Source of the DNA: a virus
IMG/VR virus record: IMGVR_UViG_3300035682_000004
Direction: 5' to 3' (one strand)
DNA length: 64,000 nt
Both the position numbers and the translations under genes were made by a program. Of this stretch, positions 48,368-56,623 are shown in pieces (positions within the stretch are counted from its first letter, which is position 1; every line of letters starts with the position of its first letter). The notes beneath the pieces were generated by a model. The model worked only from the letters and a program-made list of their open reading frames with translations. It was not told where the DNA came from and did no database searches.

Positions 48368-49306
48368 ATGAAAAAATACATAGCAACAACAACCATTAAT
48401 CCACCTACAGAAGCATTAATAAAATATTCCAAATTAAAAGATTGGACAGTGATTGTAGCAGGTGATTTAAAAACGAATCACTCATTATATCAAAATTTAG
48501 ATAATGTAATTTATTTACATCCTGAAGAACAAGAAAAAAAATATCCTAAATTAAGTGAATTAATAGGATGGAGATGCATTCAAAGAAGAAATTTTGCTAT
48601 CTTAGAAGCTTATATGTTAGGTGCTGATTTAATAGCTGTTATTGATGATGATAATATTCCTTATGATACATGGGGTAATGATATAGTAGTTAATAAAGAA
48701 GTAGAAGTAAATTATTACATTACTGAAGATACAGTATTTGATTCTTTAGGAGCATTAAGTAATTATAAATACTTATGGCATAGAGGATTTCCATTAGAAA
48801 AATTACCTTCTAGAAATTATTCAAATAAAATTAAAAAAACTATTACTCCTAAAATTCAAGCTATATATTGGAATGGAGAACCAGATGTAGACGCTGTTTG
48901 TAGAATGATTCATAATCCTTATTGTCAATTTAATGATAATGAATTTCCTATTTCTAGTGATAAAATGTCTCCTTTTAATTCTCAAAATACAATTTTAAGT
49001 AGAGATATTATTAAAGATTATTTTTTATTTCCACATATAGGAAGAATGGATGATATATGGGCGGCTTATTATGTTCAATCAAAAGGTAATAAAGTAGTAT
49101 TTTCAAAACCAGGAGTATTAAGTGATAGAACATTAGGTACAGCTGGTAGATATTCAATTTTAGAAGACATGAAACGGGAGTATATAGGTATGGAAAATAA
49201 TACTAAATTAATTAATGATTTAATGCTAGATCCAGATAATATTAAAAGTTATTTACCTGAACAATCATGGTTAGCATTTCAAGAATGGAAAAATATAATT
49301 AAATAA
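48368..49306 (+). CDS. STELLO/RGP (GT75)-like protein
   Basis: TTTIN, VAGDLKT, IDDDN, HRGFP, PFNSQNT, RMDDIW. Confidence 0.72.
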   Translation: MKKYIATTTINPPTEALIKYSKLKDWTVIVAGDLKTNHSLYQNLDNVIYLHPEEQEKKYPKLSELIGWRCIQRRNFAILEAYMLGADLIAVIDDDNIPYDTWGNDIVVNKEVEVNYYITEDTVFDSLGALSNYKYLWHRGFPLEKLPSRNYSNKIKKTITPKIQAIYWNGEPDVDAVCRMIHNPYCQFNDNEFPISSDKMSPFNSQNTILSRDIIKDYFLFPHIGRMDDIWAAYYVQSKGNKVVFSKPGVLSDRTLGTAGRYSILEDMKREYIGMENNTKLINDLMLDPDNIKSYLPEQSWLAFQEWKNIIK

Positions 49307-49307
49307 T

Positions 49308-50186
49308 ATGAAAATAACAGCAGTAATAGTATCTAGAAATGACAATTATGGTGGTCATTTAAATGAACGAGCAACATATGCTATCAACTCAGCCATTAAT
49401 ACTTATGATGAGGTAATTTATGTTGATTGGAATTCACCAACTCATAGTTTATTATGGGACATTAAAGATAATCTTCAATTAAAAGGTAATATTAAACATA
49501 TAGTTATACCACCAGACGCGGCTAAAATATTAACTAATTATAATGAACATGCTCAATTATGTTGTGAGGTTTTAGCTCGTAATATAGGTATTAGAAGAGC
49601 GACAGGTGATTATATTATCTCTACTAATATTGATATTATTCATCCTAAACGAGAAGATATAGAATCTATTATTAATAATAGTGATAATAATACTATGTTT
49701 ACTTTAAGTAGAAGAGAAGTCACATGGGATATTATTAATAAGTTTCATGGTGGTGAAATGAATTTCCAAGAATGGGATAAACTTAGAGATTATATTTATA
49801 TTAACTCAGAAGAAAGAATTCAAGGCGAAACTACAGTTGATGGAGATAATTATAGTATAATTAATTGTTGTGGAGATTTTCAACTAGCTCCTAAACATAT
49901 TTGGAATGAAATTAAAGGATTTGAAGAAGAATTAATTTATCCATTATATGCTGATACTAATGTACAGAAAAAATCAATTAAACATGGCTTTAATTTAAAA
50001 GCTATATTTAATCCTCCTATGTTCCATATTAATCATGGTTCTAAAGGATGGGGTGGAGGTGGATTTGCTGAAGGTATCAATAAAAAAGCTAATGATATCC
50101 ATCAAGCGGTTACATTTCAAGAACAAACAAAAAATCCAATTACATGGGGATTTTCAAATATAGAAATTGAATATGAAACTCTTTAA
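49308..50186 (+). CDS. GT-A-like glycosyltransferase
   Basis: SRNDNYGG, VDWNS, RNIGIRRATGDYIISTNID, GDFQL. Confidence 0.75.
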   Translation: MKITAVIVSRNDNYGGHLNERATYAINSAINTYDEVIYVDWNSPTHSLLWDIKDNLQLKGNIKHIVIPPDAAKILTNYNEHAQLCCEVLARNIGIRRATGDYIISTNIDIIHPKREDIESIINNSDNNTMFTLSRREVTWDIINKFHGGEMNFQEWDKLRDYIYINSEERIQGETTVDGDNYSIINCCGDFQLAPKHIWNEIKGFEEELIYPLYADTNVQKKSIKHGFNLKAIFNPPMFHINHGSKGWGGGGFAEGINKKANDIHQAVTFQEQTKNPITWGFSNIEIEYETL

Positions 50187-50751
50187 CTTTATGACTACTA
50201 AAAAACCAACACCACCACCAAATCGTAGTATCTCATTATCAGAAGTAACACTACAATCATCTAATGAAATTATTAGATTTATTTATGATATTAATAATGA
50301 GGATAAAAACTTAACACCTGATAAACGATCACCAATCAAAATTATTATTAATTCAGATGGTGGTGATGTGTATAGTGGTTTTGGTATAGTTGAAGCCATT
50401 CAAAATTCGCAAACACCCATCTATACAATATGTCATGGTCAAGCACAATCTATGGCACTGTTGGTATTGTCCGCTGGTCATAAGCGGTTTATTGGAGCTT
50501 ACTCAACAGTAATGTACCATGAGATCAGCTGGGAAGTAGATTATCAACCTCGTAAACATCATAAACAAGAATTAGTAGAAGGTAGCAGAACTCAAGAAAT
50601 ATATGATACATTATTAATGGAATTTACTAATGTGAATCATGAACAGTTAAGTATACATAAAGACGCTTCATCCTATTGGTACATGAGTTCAGAAGACGCA
50701 TTAAGGTATCACATAGTTGATGAAATACTTGATAATAGTTTGGCTATCTAA
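50173..50751 (+). CDS. ClpP-like protease subunit
   Basis: INSDGGDVYSG, AQSMA, MYHE, MSSEDA..VDEI. Confidence 0.85.
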   Translation: MKLFNFMTTKKPTPPPNRSISLSEVTLQSSNEIIRFIYDINNEDKNLTPDKRSPIKIIINSDGGDVYSGFGIVEAIQNSQTPIYTICHGQAQSMALLVLSAGHKRFIGAYSTVMYHEISWEVDYQPRKHHKQELVEGSRTQEIYDTLLMEFTNVNHEQLSIHKDASSYWYMSSEDALRYHIVDEILDNSLAI

Positions 50752-50770
50752 GATAGTCTTACTATATTTA
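50739..50770 (+). promoter_or_regulatory. Bacteroidota-type promoter
   Basis: TTTG-N20-TATATTTA. Confidence 0.75.
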
Positions 50771-50787
50771 GGTATAAAATAAAGGTT

Positions 50788-51030
50788 ATGGAAGTAAGTG
50801 AAATTATTATTAAAAATGAATTAACAACACGAGAAATGGAATTCGTAGTTGAAGAATATATTTTTGAAAAGAAAAACCAACGAGTTGATATAAACACTAC
50901 TAACCATCCAATGGCTCGAATGGTACCACCTCAAATGGCTGGTATGATATTACAACAACAATTTCAATTATTAGATACAGCGTATCAAAAAGCAGCAACA
51001 TATTTCTCAGAAAAACTAGACCCAAAATAA
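50788..51030 (+). CDS. Hypothetical protein
   Basis: 80 aa after promoter. Confidence 0.6.
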   Translation: MEVSEIIIKNELTTREMEFVVEEYIFEKKNQRVDINTTNHPMARMVPPQMAGMILQQQFQLLDTAYQKAATYFSEKLDPK

Positions 51031-51032
51031 TT

Positions 51033-51194
51033 ATGACGTATTATTTTTATAGTAAAAACGATAAGACAAAAGAAGCAATCAATACAATTGAAGCTTCAAG
51101 TATTGAAGTAGCATTAGATTATTTCTCCAAAATGAAAAAATTAAGTGAAAGTGAATTTTCACAAATTTATTCAATAGGTATTAAAAACAAATAA
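51033..51194 (+). CDS. 53-aa hypothetical protein (not in ORF track)
   Basis: MTYYFYSKNDKTKEAI..; fills the gap exactly. Confidence 0.6.
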   Translation: MTYYFYSKNDKTKEAINTIEASSIEVALDYFSKMKKLSESEFSQIYSIGIKNK

Positions 51195-51196
51195 TT

Positions 51197-51595
51197 ATGT
51201 TTAACTTAAAGAATTTTGGAACTAACTTAAAAATACAGGTTAGTGGAGAAATAGATTATAATGATGATAAAGCATTCTTTATAGGTTTAATGAAAACTTA
51301 TAGTGCATGTATTGATCGTTCTGATGATTTAATTGAGAAATTTAATTTATCATTACTTGACTATGAAGAACCATATGTTCAAATCATAGAAAATTTAATG
51401 TTAATGCATTATGGTGAATGGAAAACAGAATTAATGTTATGGTACATTTATGATAGAGTATCACTTGATGGAGAATTAAATCCTATTATAATAGAGGATA
51501 AAGGGAAAGAAAAAAGTATTACAATTAATGATCCTGAAGAACTTTGGGATACAATACAAAATATAGAAAGTAAAATAGATAAAAAAGATGAGTAA
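51197..51595 (+). CDS. Hypothetical protein
   Basis: 132 aa; WYIYDR..PEELWD. Confidence 0.65.
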   Translation: MFNLKNFGTNLKIQVSGEIDYNDDKAFFIGLMKTYSACIDRSDDLIEKFNLSLLDYEEPYVQIIENLMLMHYGEWKTELMLWYIYDRVSLDGELNPIIIEDKGKEKSITINDPEELWDTIQNIESKIDKKDE

Positions 51596-51968
51596 ACTGT
51601 GTAAATCATGTGGTGAAGAAATTCATCCAGGCCGTTTAAAAGCTTTACCAACAGCAACAACATGTGTTGAATGTTCAACTACAGGTAGAAAAGCAGGTGT
51701 AACTGTTACTTTAGGAGAAGGAGATCACACATACAATGAAATCATTATCATGGAACATGAGGATTTTGTTAAATATAAAGAAGTAGAAGCTACATTTAGA
51801 AATAAAGGAGTAGTAGCACCTATAACTGATGTATTTAATTTAAATGATGAATCAGATGTTGACCATGTAACTGAAATTGATATTATTGAAGATAATGAGG
51901 ATTTAATTATATTAGATGAACTAGTAATTGAACCTGAAGATTTGATTGACGAAGAAGAAAATGCCTAA
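51588..51968 (+). CDS. DksA/TraR-type C4 zinc-finger protein with acidic tail
   Basis: CKSCGEEIHPGRLKALPTATTCVEC. Confidence 0.8.
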   Translation: MSKLCKSCGEEIHPGRLKALPTATTCVECSTTGRKAGVTVTLGEGDHTYNEIIIMEHEDFVKYKEVEATFRNKGVVAPITDVFNLNDESDVDHVTEIDIIEDNEDLIILDELVIEPEDLIDEEENA

Positions 51969-52596
51969 AGCAAAACATTTAAAAAAAGAAGAATGTCTAG
52001 CCGCTGTAGCTAAAACTAAATCAAATAGAGCAGCAGCACGTTATTTAAATTGTTCTTATACCCACTGGAAGAAATGGGCTAAATTTTATAAAGATGAAAC
52101 AACAGGTCAGTCTTTATTTGATAAACATTTAAATCAACAAGGTAAAGGTATTCCTAAATTTTTAAATCATGGTAAAAAAGATGTTGCGTTATTAGATATT
52201 ATTGAAGGTAGAGTAGATGCTTCACATTTTAATCCTCAAAAAATCAAATATAGATTAATTGAGGAAGGATTTTTAAAAGAAGAATGTAATGTATGTCAAT
52301 TTAATGAACGACGAGTAGTTGATTATAAAATGCCTCTAATACTACATTTTAAAGATAAAAATAAACAACATTATAGAATTGAAAATCTAGAAATGTTATG
52401 TTACAATTGTTATTTTTTAAATATTGGTGATGTATTTACCAATAAACAAATTGAAGGTTTTGAAGACCATGTACCAACTAAAGAAAATTTACCGGACTGG
52501 GAATTAGATGATTATCAAAAACAACGCTTAACAGAGTTAGGATTACATAATGAACCATTAGCTGATGATGATTTTGATATTATTTCACGTATTTAA
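51961..52596 (+). CDS. HTH plus degenerate HNH/Zn-finger protein
   Basis: SNRAAARYLNCSYTHWKKW; CNVC..LILHFKD..ENLEMLCYNC. Confidence 0.65.
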   Translation: MPKAKHLKKEECLAAVAKTKSNRAAARYLNCSYTHWKKWAKFYKDETTGQSLFDKHLNQQGKGIPKFLNHGKKDVALLDIIEGRVDASHFNPQKIKYRLIEEGFLKEECNVCQFNERRVVDYKMPLILHFKDKNKQHYRIENLEMLCYNCYFLNIGDVFTNKQIEGFEDHVPTKENLPDWELDDYQKQRLTELGLHNEPLADDDFDIISRI

Positions 52597-52597
52597 A

Positions 52598-52606
52598 ATA
52601 TTTATA
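52598..52606 (+). promoter_or_regulatory. Putative late promoter ATATTTATA
   Basis: Upstream of 52615. Confidence 0.55.
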
Positions 52607-52614
52607 ATAAAATT

Positions 52615-53790
52615 ATGGCAATAAAAGACAAATTATTTCCATCATTGATAGCATTATCTGCATTATCAGTATCAGCTTCAGCGGCTTTTTATTCGATAAG
52701 TGGATTAAGTAAATTATTCGCCGGTGCGAGTTTAGAAGTAATTATTATGGCTAGTTCATTAGAAATAGCTAAATTAGTAATAGCTTCATTACTTTATCAA
52801 TATTGGAATGATCTTAATAAAACATTAAGAGTATATTTAACAATCGCAACTACTGTATTGATTTTAATTACATCAATGGGTATTTATGGTTTCTTATCTG
52901 CTGCTTATCAAGAGACAGCAAATAAAGATGGTGTTGTAACTCAACAAATAACAACACTTGAAACTAAAAAAGGATTATACATTCAAACAAGAGACAATTT
53001 ATTAAAGGAAAAACAATCACTTAATGAATTAAGAGGTACTTTATCTAAAGGTGCTACAACTCAATTTACTGATAAGAAAGGTAATTTAGTAGTTAGATCT
53101 AATAAAGCTAACATTAAACAAATGGAGTCAACATCTAAATCAGATGATAAATTAACAACTAGATTAGATGTAGCTAATGATTCAATATTTGCTTTAGAAA
53201 ATAGAATATTAGAGGCTAAAACAGGTGGCGCAACAAGTGAATTAGGTCCATTAAAATATTTATCTGGTTTAACTGGATTACCAATGGATAAAATTATTAA
53301 TTACTTATTGTTAGTAATTATATTTGTATTTGATCCTTTAGCAATTGCTTTAGTGATAGCAGCTAATTTTGCTTTTGCTCAATTAAAAACTAAAAAAGAA
53401 GATAAACCTGAAGAAGAAGTTAAAGGAGTTCCATTAATGTTTGATCCTGAAACTAATAGAACATTCTATGTAGAAAAAGAAGAAATACAAGATGAAATAC
53501 AAGATTGGGATGTTACTTTAAATGATGGCTTAGAAGATATAACTTCAGACTTTGAATTAGTAGATGAAGATAAAGAATTACCTCCAGATAATTACTTAGA
53601 AAATATTTCTACATTGACTAATGAAGAAAAACAATATGATTTAGATGGTGATGGTAAATTAAGTAAGGCAGAAATAAGAGCAATGGAAGATAGATTATTA
53701 AATAATTCATCAGTATCAAGATGGAAAAAAAATAAAATATTAACAACTAGAAGATCACGTGATGGTGAAGACGAAATCAAAACATACTAA
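52615..53790 (+). CDS. Multi-pass membrane protein with coiled coil and EF-hand-like loop
   Basis: Three N-terminal TM segments, coiled coil, IFVFDPLAI TM, DLDGDGKLSKAE. Confidence 0.7.
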   Translation: MAIKDKLFPSLIALSALSVSASAAFYSISGLSKLFAGASLEVIIMASSLEIAKLVIASLLYQYWNDLNKTLRVYLTIATTVLILITSMGIYGFLSAAYQETANKDGVVTQQITTLETKKGLYIQTRDNLLKEKQSLNELRGTLSKGATTQFTDKKGNLVVRSNKANIKQMESTSKSDDKLTTRLDVANDSIFALENRILEAKTGGATSELGPLKYLSGLTGLPMDKIINYLLLVIIFVFDPLAIALVIAANFAFAQLKTKKEDKPEEEVKGVPLMFDPETNRTFYVEKEEIQDEIQDWDVTLNDGLEDITSDFELVDEDKELPPDNYLENISTLTNEEKQYDLDGDGKLSKAEIRAMEDRLLNNSSVSRWKKNKILTTRRSRDGEDEIKTY

Positions 53791-53932
53791 ACATAAGAAA
53801 ATTGTACATGACTATGAGGTTCAAAAACAGAACCACTTAGAAAAACTCGCAACCTCACTTTTGGCATCCCAAGATAAGATTGTTAAATTTAAATCAAAAG
53901 TAATCAATAATAATTTTTTAGACCTATTTTAA
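53762..53932 (+). CDS. 56-aa hypothetical protein (not in ORF track)
   Basis: MVKTKSKHTKHKKIVHDYE..NFLDLF; ends 1 nt before next ATG. Confidence 0.5.
   Translation: MVKTKSKHTKHKKIVHDYEVQKQNHLEKLATSLLASQDKIVKFKSKVINNNFLDLF
53860..53891 (+). promoter_or_regulatory. Bacteroidota-type promoter
   Basis: TTTG-N20-TAAATTTA. Confidence 0.6.
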
Positions 53933-53933
53933 T

Positions 53934-54236
53934 ATGACAAACGAGATAACAGTAGCGAGTCAAAGTGATTTTCAAGAAATGCTTGATAATAAAGATTTTA
54001 AATTAGCTAAAATTATTGTTGAAAATATTTTAAAGAATCTTGATAATCCAAAAACAAATATTCATATATTAACTATTACTTGTTTAGATGAGAACACATC
54101 ATATGACATTTCATTAGAAAAGAAACACTTTGCATCTACATTAGAGGAAAATTTGAAGTATTATATCAAAGAAGAATTATATGAAAAATGTACTGAAATA
54201 GTAGATGTTATTAATAAACTAAAAACAAATAAATAA
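53934..54236 (+). CDS. Hypothetical protein
   Basis: 100 aa; EELYEKC. Confidence 0.65.
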   Translation: MTNEITVASQSDFQEMLDNKDFKLAKIIVENILKNLDNPKTNIHILTITCLDENTSYDISLEKKHFASTLEENLKYYIKEELYEKCTEIVDVINKLKTNK

Positions 54237-54237
54237 G

Positions 54238-54519
54238 ATGGAGAAATTAAAAGAGTACGCTAAACAGTCAGTATTAGTTTTAATGTTAGGACTAGCATTA
54301 TTTATGGGCTTTACAGTTGGTTATCATTATAACAAAATTGTAACAAACATTATCAATCAAAAGAATATCAAGACACCTGATAACACATCAGTTGCTATTA
54401 ATGAGAAAAATCAATTACTACTCATTAATAAACAAACAGGAGAATATGTTTTATACTCTGATAGCATAGGAATAAGTATTTTCAATATCTATGCTAAGTC
54501 TATTGTTTCACTTAAATAA
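54238..54519 (+). CDS. Single-TM protein
   Basis: N-terminal TM segment; precedes SLT gene. Confidence 0.6.
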   Translation: MEKLKEYAKQSVLVLMLGLALFMGFTVGYHYNKIVTNIINQKNIKTPDNTSVAINEKNQLLLINKQTGEYVLYSDSIGISIFNIYAKSIVSLK

Positions 54520-54524
54520 TTAAC

Positions 54525-55067
54525 ATGACATTGAAAAAAGTATTATACACCTGGTTAACAGCTTTAACCTTAATGTTAGGTTATCTGTTCTTTAAGTTAG
54601 AACGATTAGAAACATCAATTGAAAAGACAGGATTCATTACAACTAATCAAGATGTACCATCAATTCAGATGTACAATTGTTTAGAAAAATATAGTGAGGA
54701 ATATGAAATTCCAAAATATATATTTTATAATATTGCTTATCTTGAAACAACATATCAAGGACCATTTGATTGGAGATATAATCATGAACGTATATCAAAT
54801 GCAGGCGCAGTAGGACCAATGCAACTAATGCCTATAATTGCTAAAGACGTTTATGATAAAAATATCTCTCAAAATAAAATGAGAAAAGATATTGAATTGA
54901 ATGTTAAAACAAGCGCTAAATTTTTAGCTAAATTATATAAACGTTATGGTGATTGGGGTAAAGTATGTGCTTACTACAACACAGGTAAGCCGATTTTAAA
55001 CGACTACGCTCGTTATGCGGTCAATAATAAAAACTATAAAAGTAAGTGGGTTGAAGTAGAGTTATAA
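54525..55067 (+). CDS. Membrane-anchored lytic transglycosylase (SLT)
   Basis: IAYLET, GAVGPMQLMP, YYNTG; N-terminal TM. Confidence 0.85.
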   Translation: MTLKKVLYTWLTALTLMLGYLFFKLERLETSIEKTGFITTNQDVPSIQMYNCLEKYSEEYEIPKYIFYNIAYLETTYQGPFDWRYNHERISNAGAVGPMQLMPIIAKDVYDKNISQNKMRKDIELNVKTSAKFLAKLYKRYGDWGKVCAYYNTGKPILNDYARYAVNNKNYKSKWVEVEL

Positions 55068-55100
55068 CATATTTATAGGAAATTAAATCCTATAAACATG
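55068..55100 (+). promoter_or_regulatory. Late motif (55069-55077) in hairpin sequestering the ATG
   Basis: CATATTTATAGGA (55068-80) pairs with TCCTATAAACATG (55088-100) at 12 of 13 positions. Confidence 0.7.
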
Positions 55101-55235
55101 GCTAAGAAATCAACTAAAGTTACATTATCAAATAGAGGTAAAATATCATTTGGTAAAAAGAAAAAAGGCAAAGCAACAAAACACGCTAATAAACGTGTTA
55201 GCAAGAAAACCAAGTACAGAGGCCAAGGCCGTTAA
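55098..55235 (+). CDS. 45-aa highly basic protein ending KYRGQGR (not in ORF track)
   Basis: MAKKSTKVTLSNRGKISFGKKKKGKATKHANKRVSKKTKYRGQGR. Confidence 0.75.
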   Translation: MAKKSTKVTLSNRGKISFGKKKKGKATKHANKRVSKKTKYRGQGR

Positions 55236-55251
55236 GTAAAATAAATAAGTT

Positions 55252-55422
55252 ATGAGTAAAACAAGTAATAGTGCTAAAATTGATTGTTTATTAGCCTGGA
55301 TCGAGGATCTTAAGAAAAACAATAAACCAAGAAAAAATTTAACATCTGTTGAACCTGCATTAAATGCTAAACAAACAGTATTTGTTAGAGACAATACATT
55401 CCGTCCATATAAGAAAAGATAG
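55252..55422 (+). CDS. 56-aa hypothetical protein (not in ORF track)
   Basis: MSKTSNSAKIDCLLAWIEDL..; typical AAGTTATG start context. Confidence 0.55.
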   Translation: MSKTSNSAKIDCLLAWIEDLKKNNKPRKNLTSVEPALNAKQTVFVRDNTFRPYKKR

Positions 55423-55571
55423 TGTTAAGTTTAGAGACAATATCAGACGATGTATTAATTAAATTAGCTCAAAAGGACTGGCCCAGCTTAGTATTACTAT
55501 GTTGGGCCTACTCTATTGATCTTCAACTTGAACAAGAATACGAACGAACCCCAAAAACGTTCATGGCCTAA
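55422..55571 (+). CDS. 49-aa hypothetical protein (not in ORF track)
   Basis: GTG start overlapping previous stop. Confidence 0.45.
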   Translation: MLSLETISDDVLIKLAQKDWPSLVLLCWAYSIDLQLEQEYERTPKTFMA

Positions 55572-55578
55572 TCATCTG

Positions 55579-55610
55579 TTTGGCTTTCCAAAATATCTTT
55601 ATTATATTTA
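55579..55610 (+). promoter_or_regulatory. Bacteroidota-type promoter
   Basis: TTTG-N20-TATATTTA. Confidence 0.78.
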
Positions 55611-55632
55611 AGTATAATAAGAAAATAAAGAC

Positions 55633-55845
55633 ATGACAAAGAAAGAAGAATTAATGACAATGATTGGTAAAGAGACATCGGATAATTATTCACCTACTTT
55701 CCGCTCCAAATTAATAGCAATTTATGATACTTATTGTTTATGGGAAATAGCTCCTAACCAATGGAATGATGAAGGAAATGAAACTGTAGGAGCTAGAAAA
55801 TTAGTACCATTATGGTTAAGTTCAAATATGTGTTTTGGAGCTTAA
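55633..55845 (+). CDS. Hypothetical protein
   Basis: Own promoter and A-rich leader. Confidence 0.65.
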   Translation: MTKKEELMTMIGKETSDNYSPTFRSKLIAIYDTYCLWEIAPNQWNDEGNETVGARKLVPLWLSSNMCFGA

Positions 55846-55856
55846 TAAACCACTTG

Positions 55857-55888
55857 TTTGGCTCACTAGGATAAGGATGTTATATTTA
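55857..55888 (+). promoter_or_regulatory. Bacteroidota-type promoter
   Basis: TTTG-N20-TATATTTA. Confidence 0.78.
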
Positions 55889-55908
55889 ATTATAAAGAAA
55901 ATAAAGAT

Positions 55909-56196
55909 ATGTCAAAAAGAGGAAGAATAGCAGCAACAAAAGAAGAAGATCAGCCAACTAAATTTGTTAGAACAATAGTTCATGCAGATGGAACAATTGC
56001 TAAATGGCACTATGATTTAGATAAAACAAAAAACGGACCCATAATGGTTGAGTTTGATGATAAAAATTCAGTTCCAATAGCTGATATTATAGTTAAGGAA
56101 AAGAAAGCGAAAGCAGATAAAAAACAATATTTGAATCCAGCAACAGGAAGGTATGTAGCAGCATTTAGAGCAAAACAATTAGGACTAATAGAATAA
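55909..56196 (+). CDS. Hypothetical basic protein
   Basis: WHYDLDK..NGP; YLNPATGRYV. Confidence 0.65.
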   Translation: MSKRGRIAATKEEDQPTKFVRTIVHADGTIAKWHYDLDKTKNGPIMVEFDDKNSVPIADIIVKEKKAKADKKQYLNPATGRYVAAFRAKQLGLIE

Positions 56197-56200
56197 CAAA

Positions 56201-56434
56201 ATGGTAAATTACGATTTAGAGATTAAAAACGGTTGGAGAAAAGCAAGTGACTTATTAAAGTTAAAACAAATGGATGATGCTAGAGATACTTTAGATTACT
56301 GTTTAATTTTATTATCACAAGTAGTGTTAGAACGTAAGTTAAGAGACACAGACAAGTTAGGTGGAGTGAAGATGTTAGTGTGGTATGAGAGAATTTGGGT
56401 CGCATTAGAAAAAAACAATTTATTATTAGCATAA
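56201..56434 (+). CDS. Hypothetical protein
   Basis: 77 aa. Confidence 0.6.
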   Translation: MVNYDLEIKNGWRKASDLLKLKQMDDARDTLDYCLILLSQVVLERKLRDTDKLGGVKMLVWYERIWVALEKNNLLLA

Positions 56435-56435
56435 A

Positions 56436-56564
56436 ATGAAAGAGTTAAACGGATTATCAGTTAGACATGTCGCTCAAATAGTTAGGAGAAAAATGATCCA
56501 ACGATCAAAAGAATCTAAAAAGATCTATAAACGAGCTAAAAATAAGAAACTAGACAGGGAGTAA
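56436..56564 (+). CDS. 42-aa basic protein (not in ORF track)
   Basis: MKELNGLSVRHVAQIVRRKMIQRSKESKKIYKR.. Confidence 0.5.
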   Translation: MKELNGLSVRHVAQIVRRKMIQRSKESKKIYKRAKNKKLDRE

Positions 56565-56571
56565 TCACCTG

Positions 56572-56603
56572 TTTGGCTTCTGGTTAGAAGGATGTTATAT
56601 TTA
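56572..56603 (+). promoter_or_regulatory. Bacteroidota-type promoter
   Basis: TTTG-N20-TATATTTA. Confidence 0.78.
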
Positions 56604-56623
56604 GGTATAAAGAAATAAAAGAT

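Noticed and set aside
35523-50186. Bacterial chromosomal contamination (groEL, glf, GTs)
   Set aside because: Same strand, tight gene coupling and phage promoter motifs throughout, interleaved with T4-like replisome genes; no junction or integrase.
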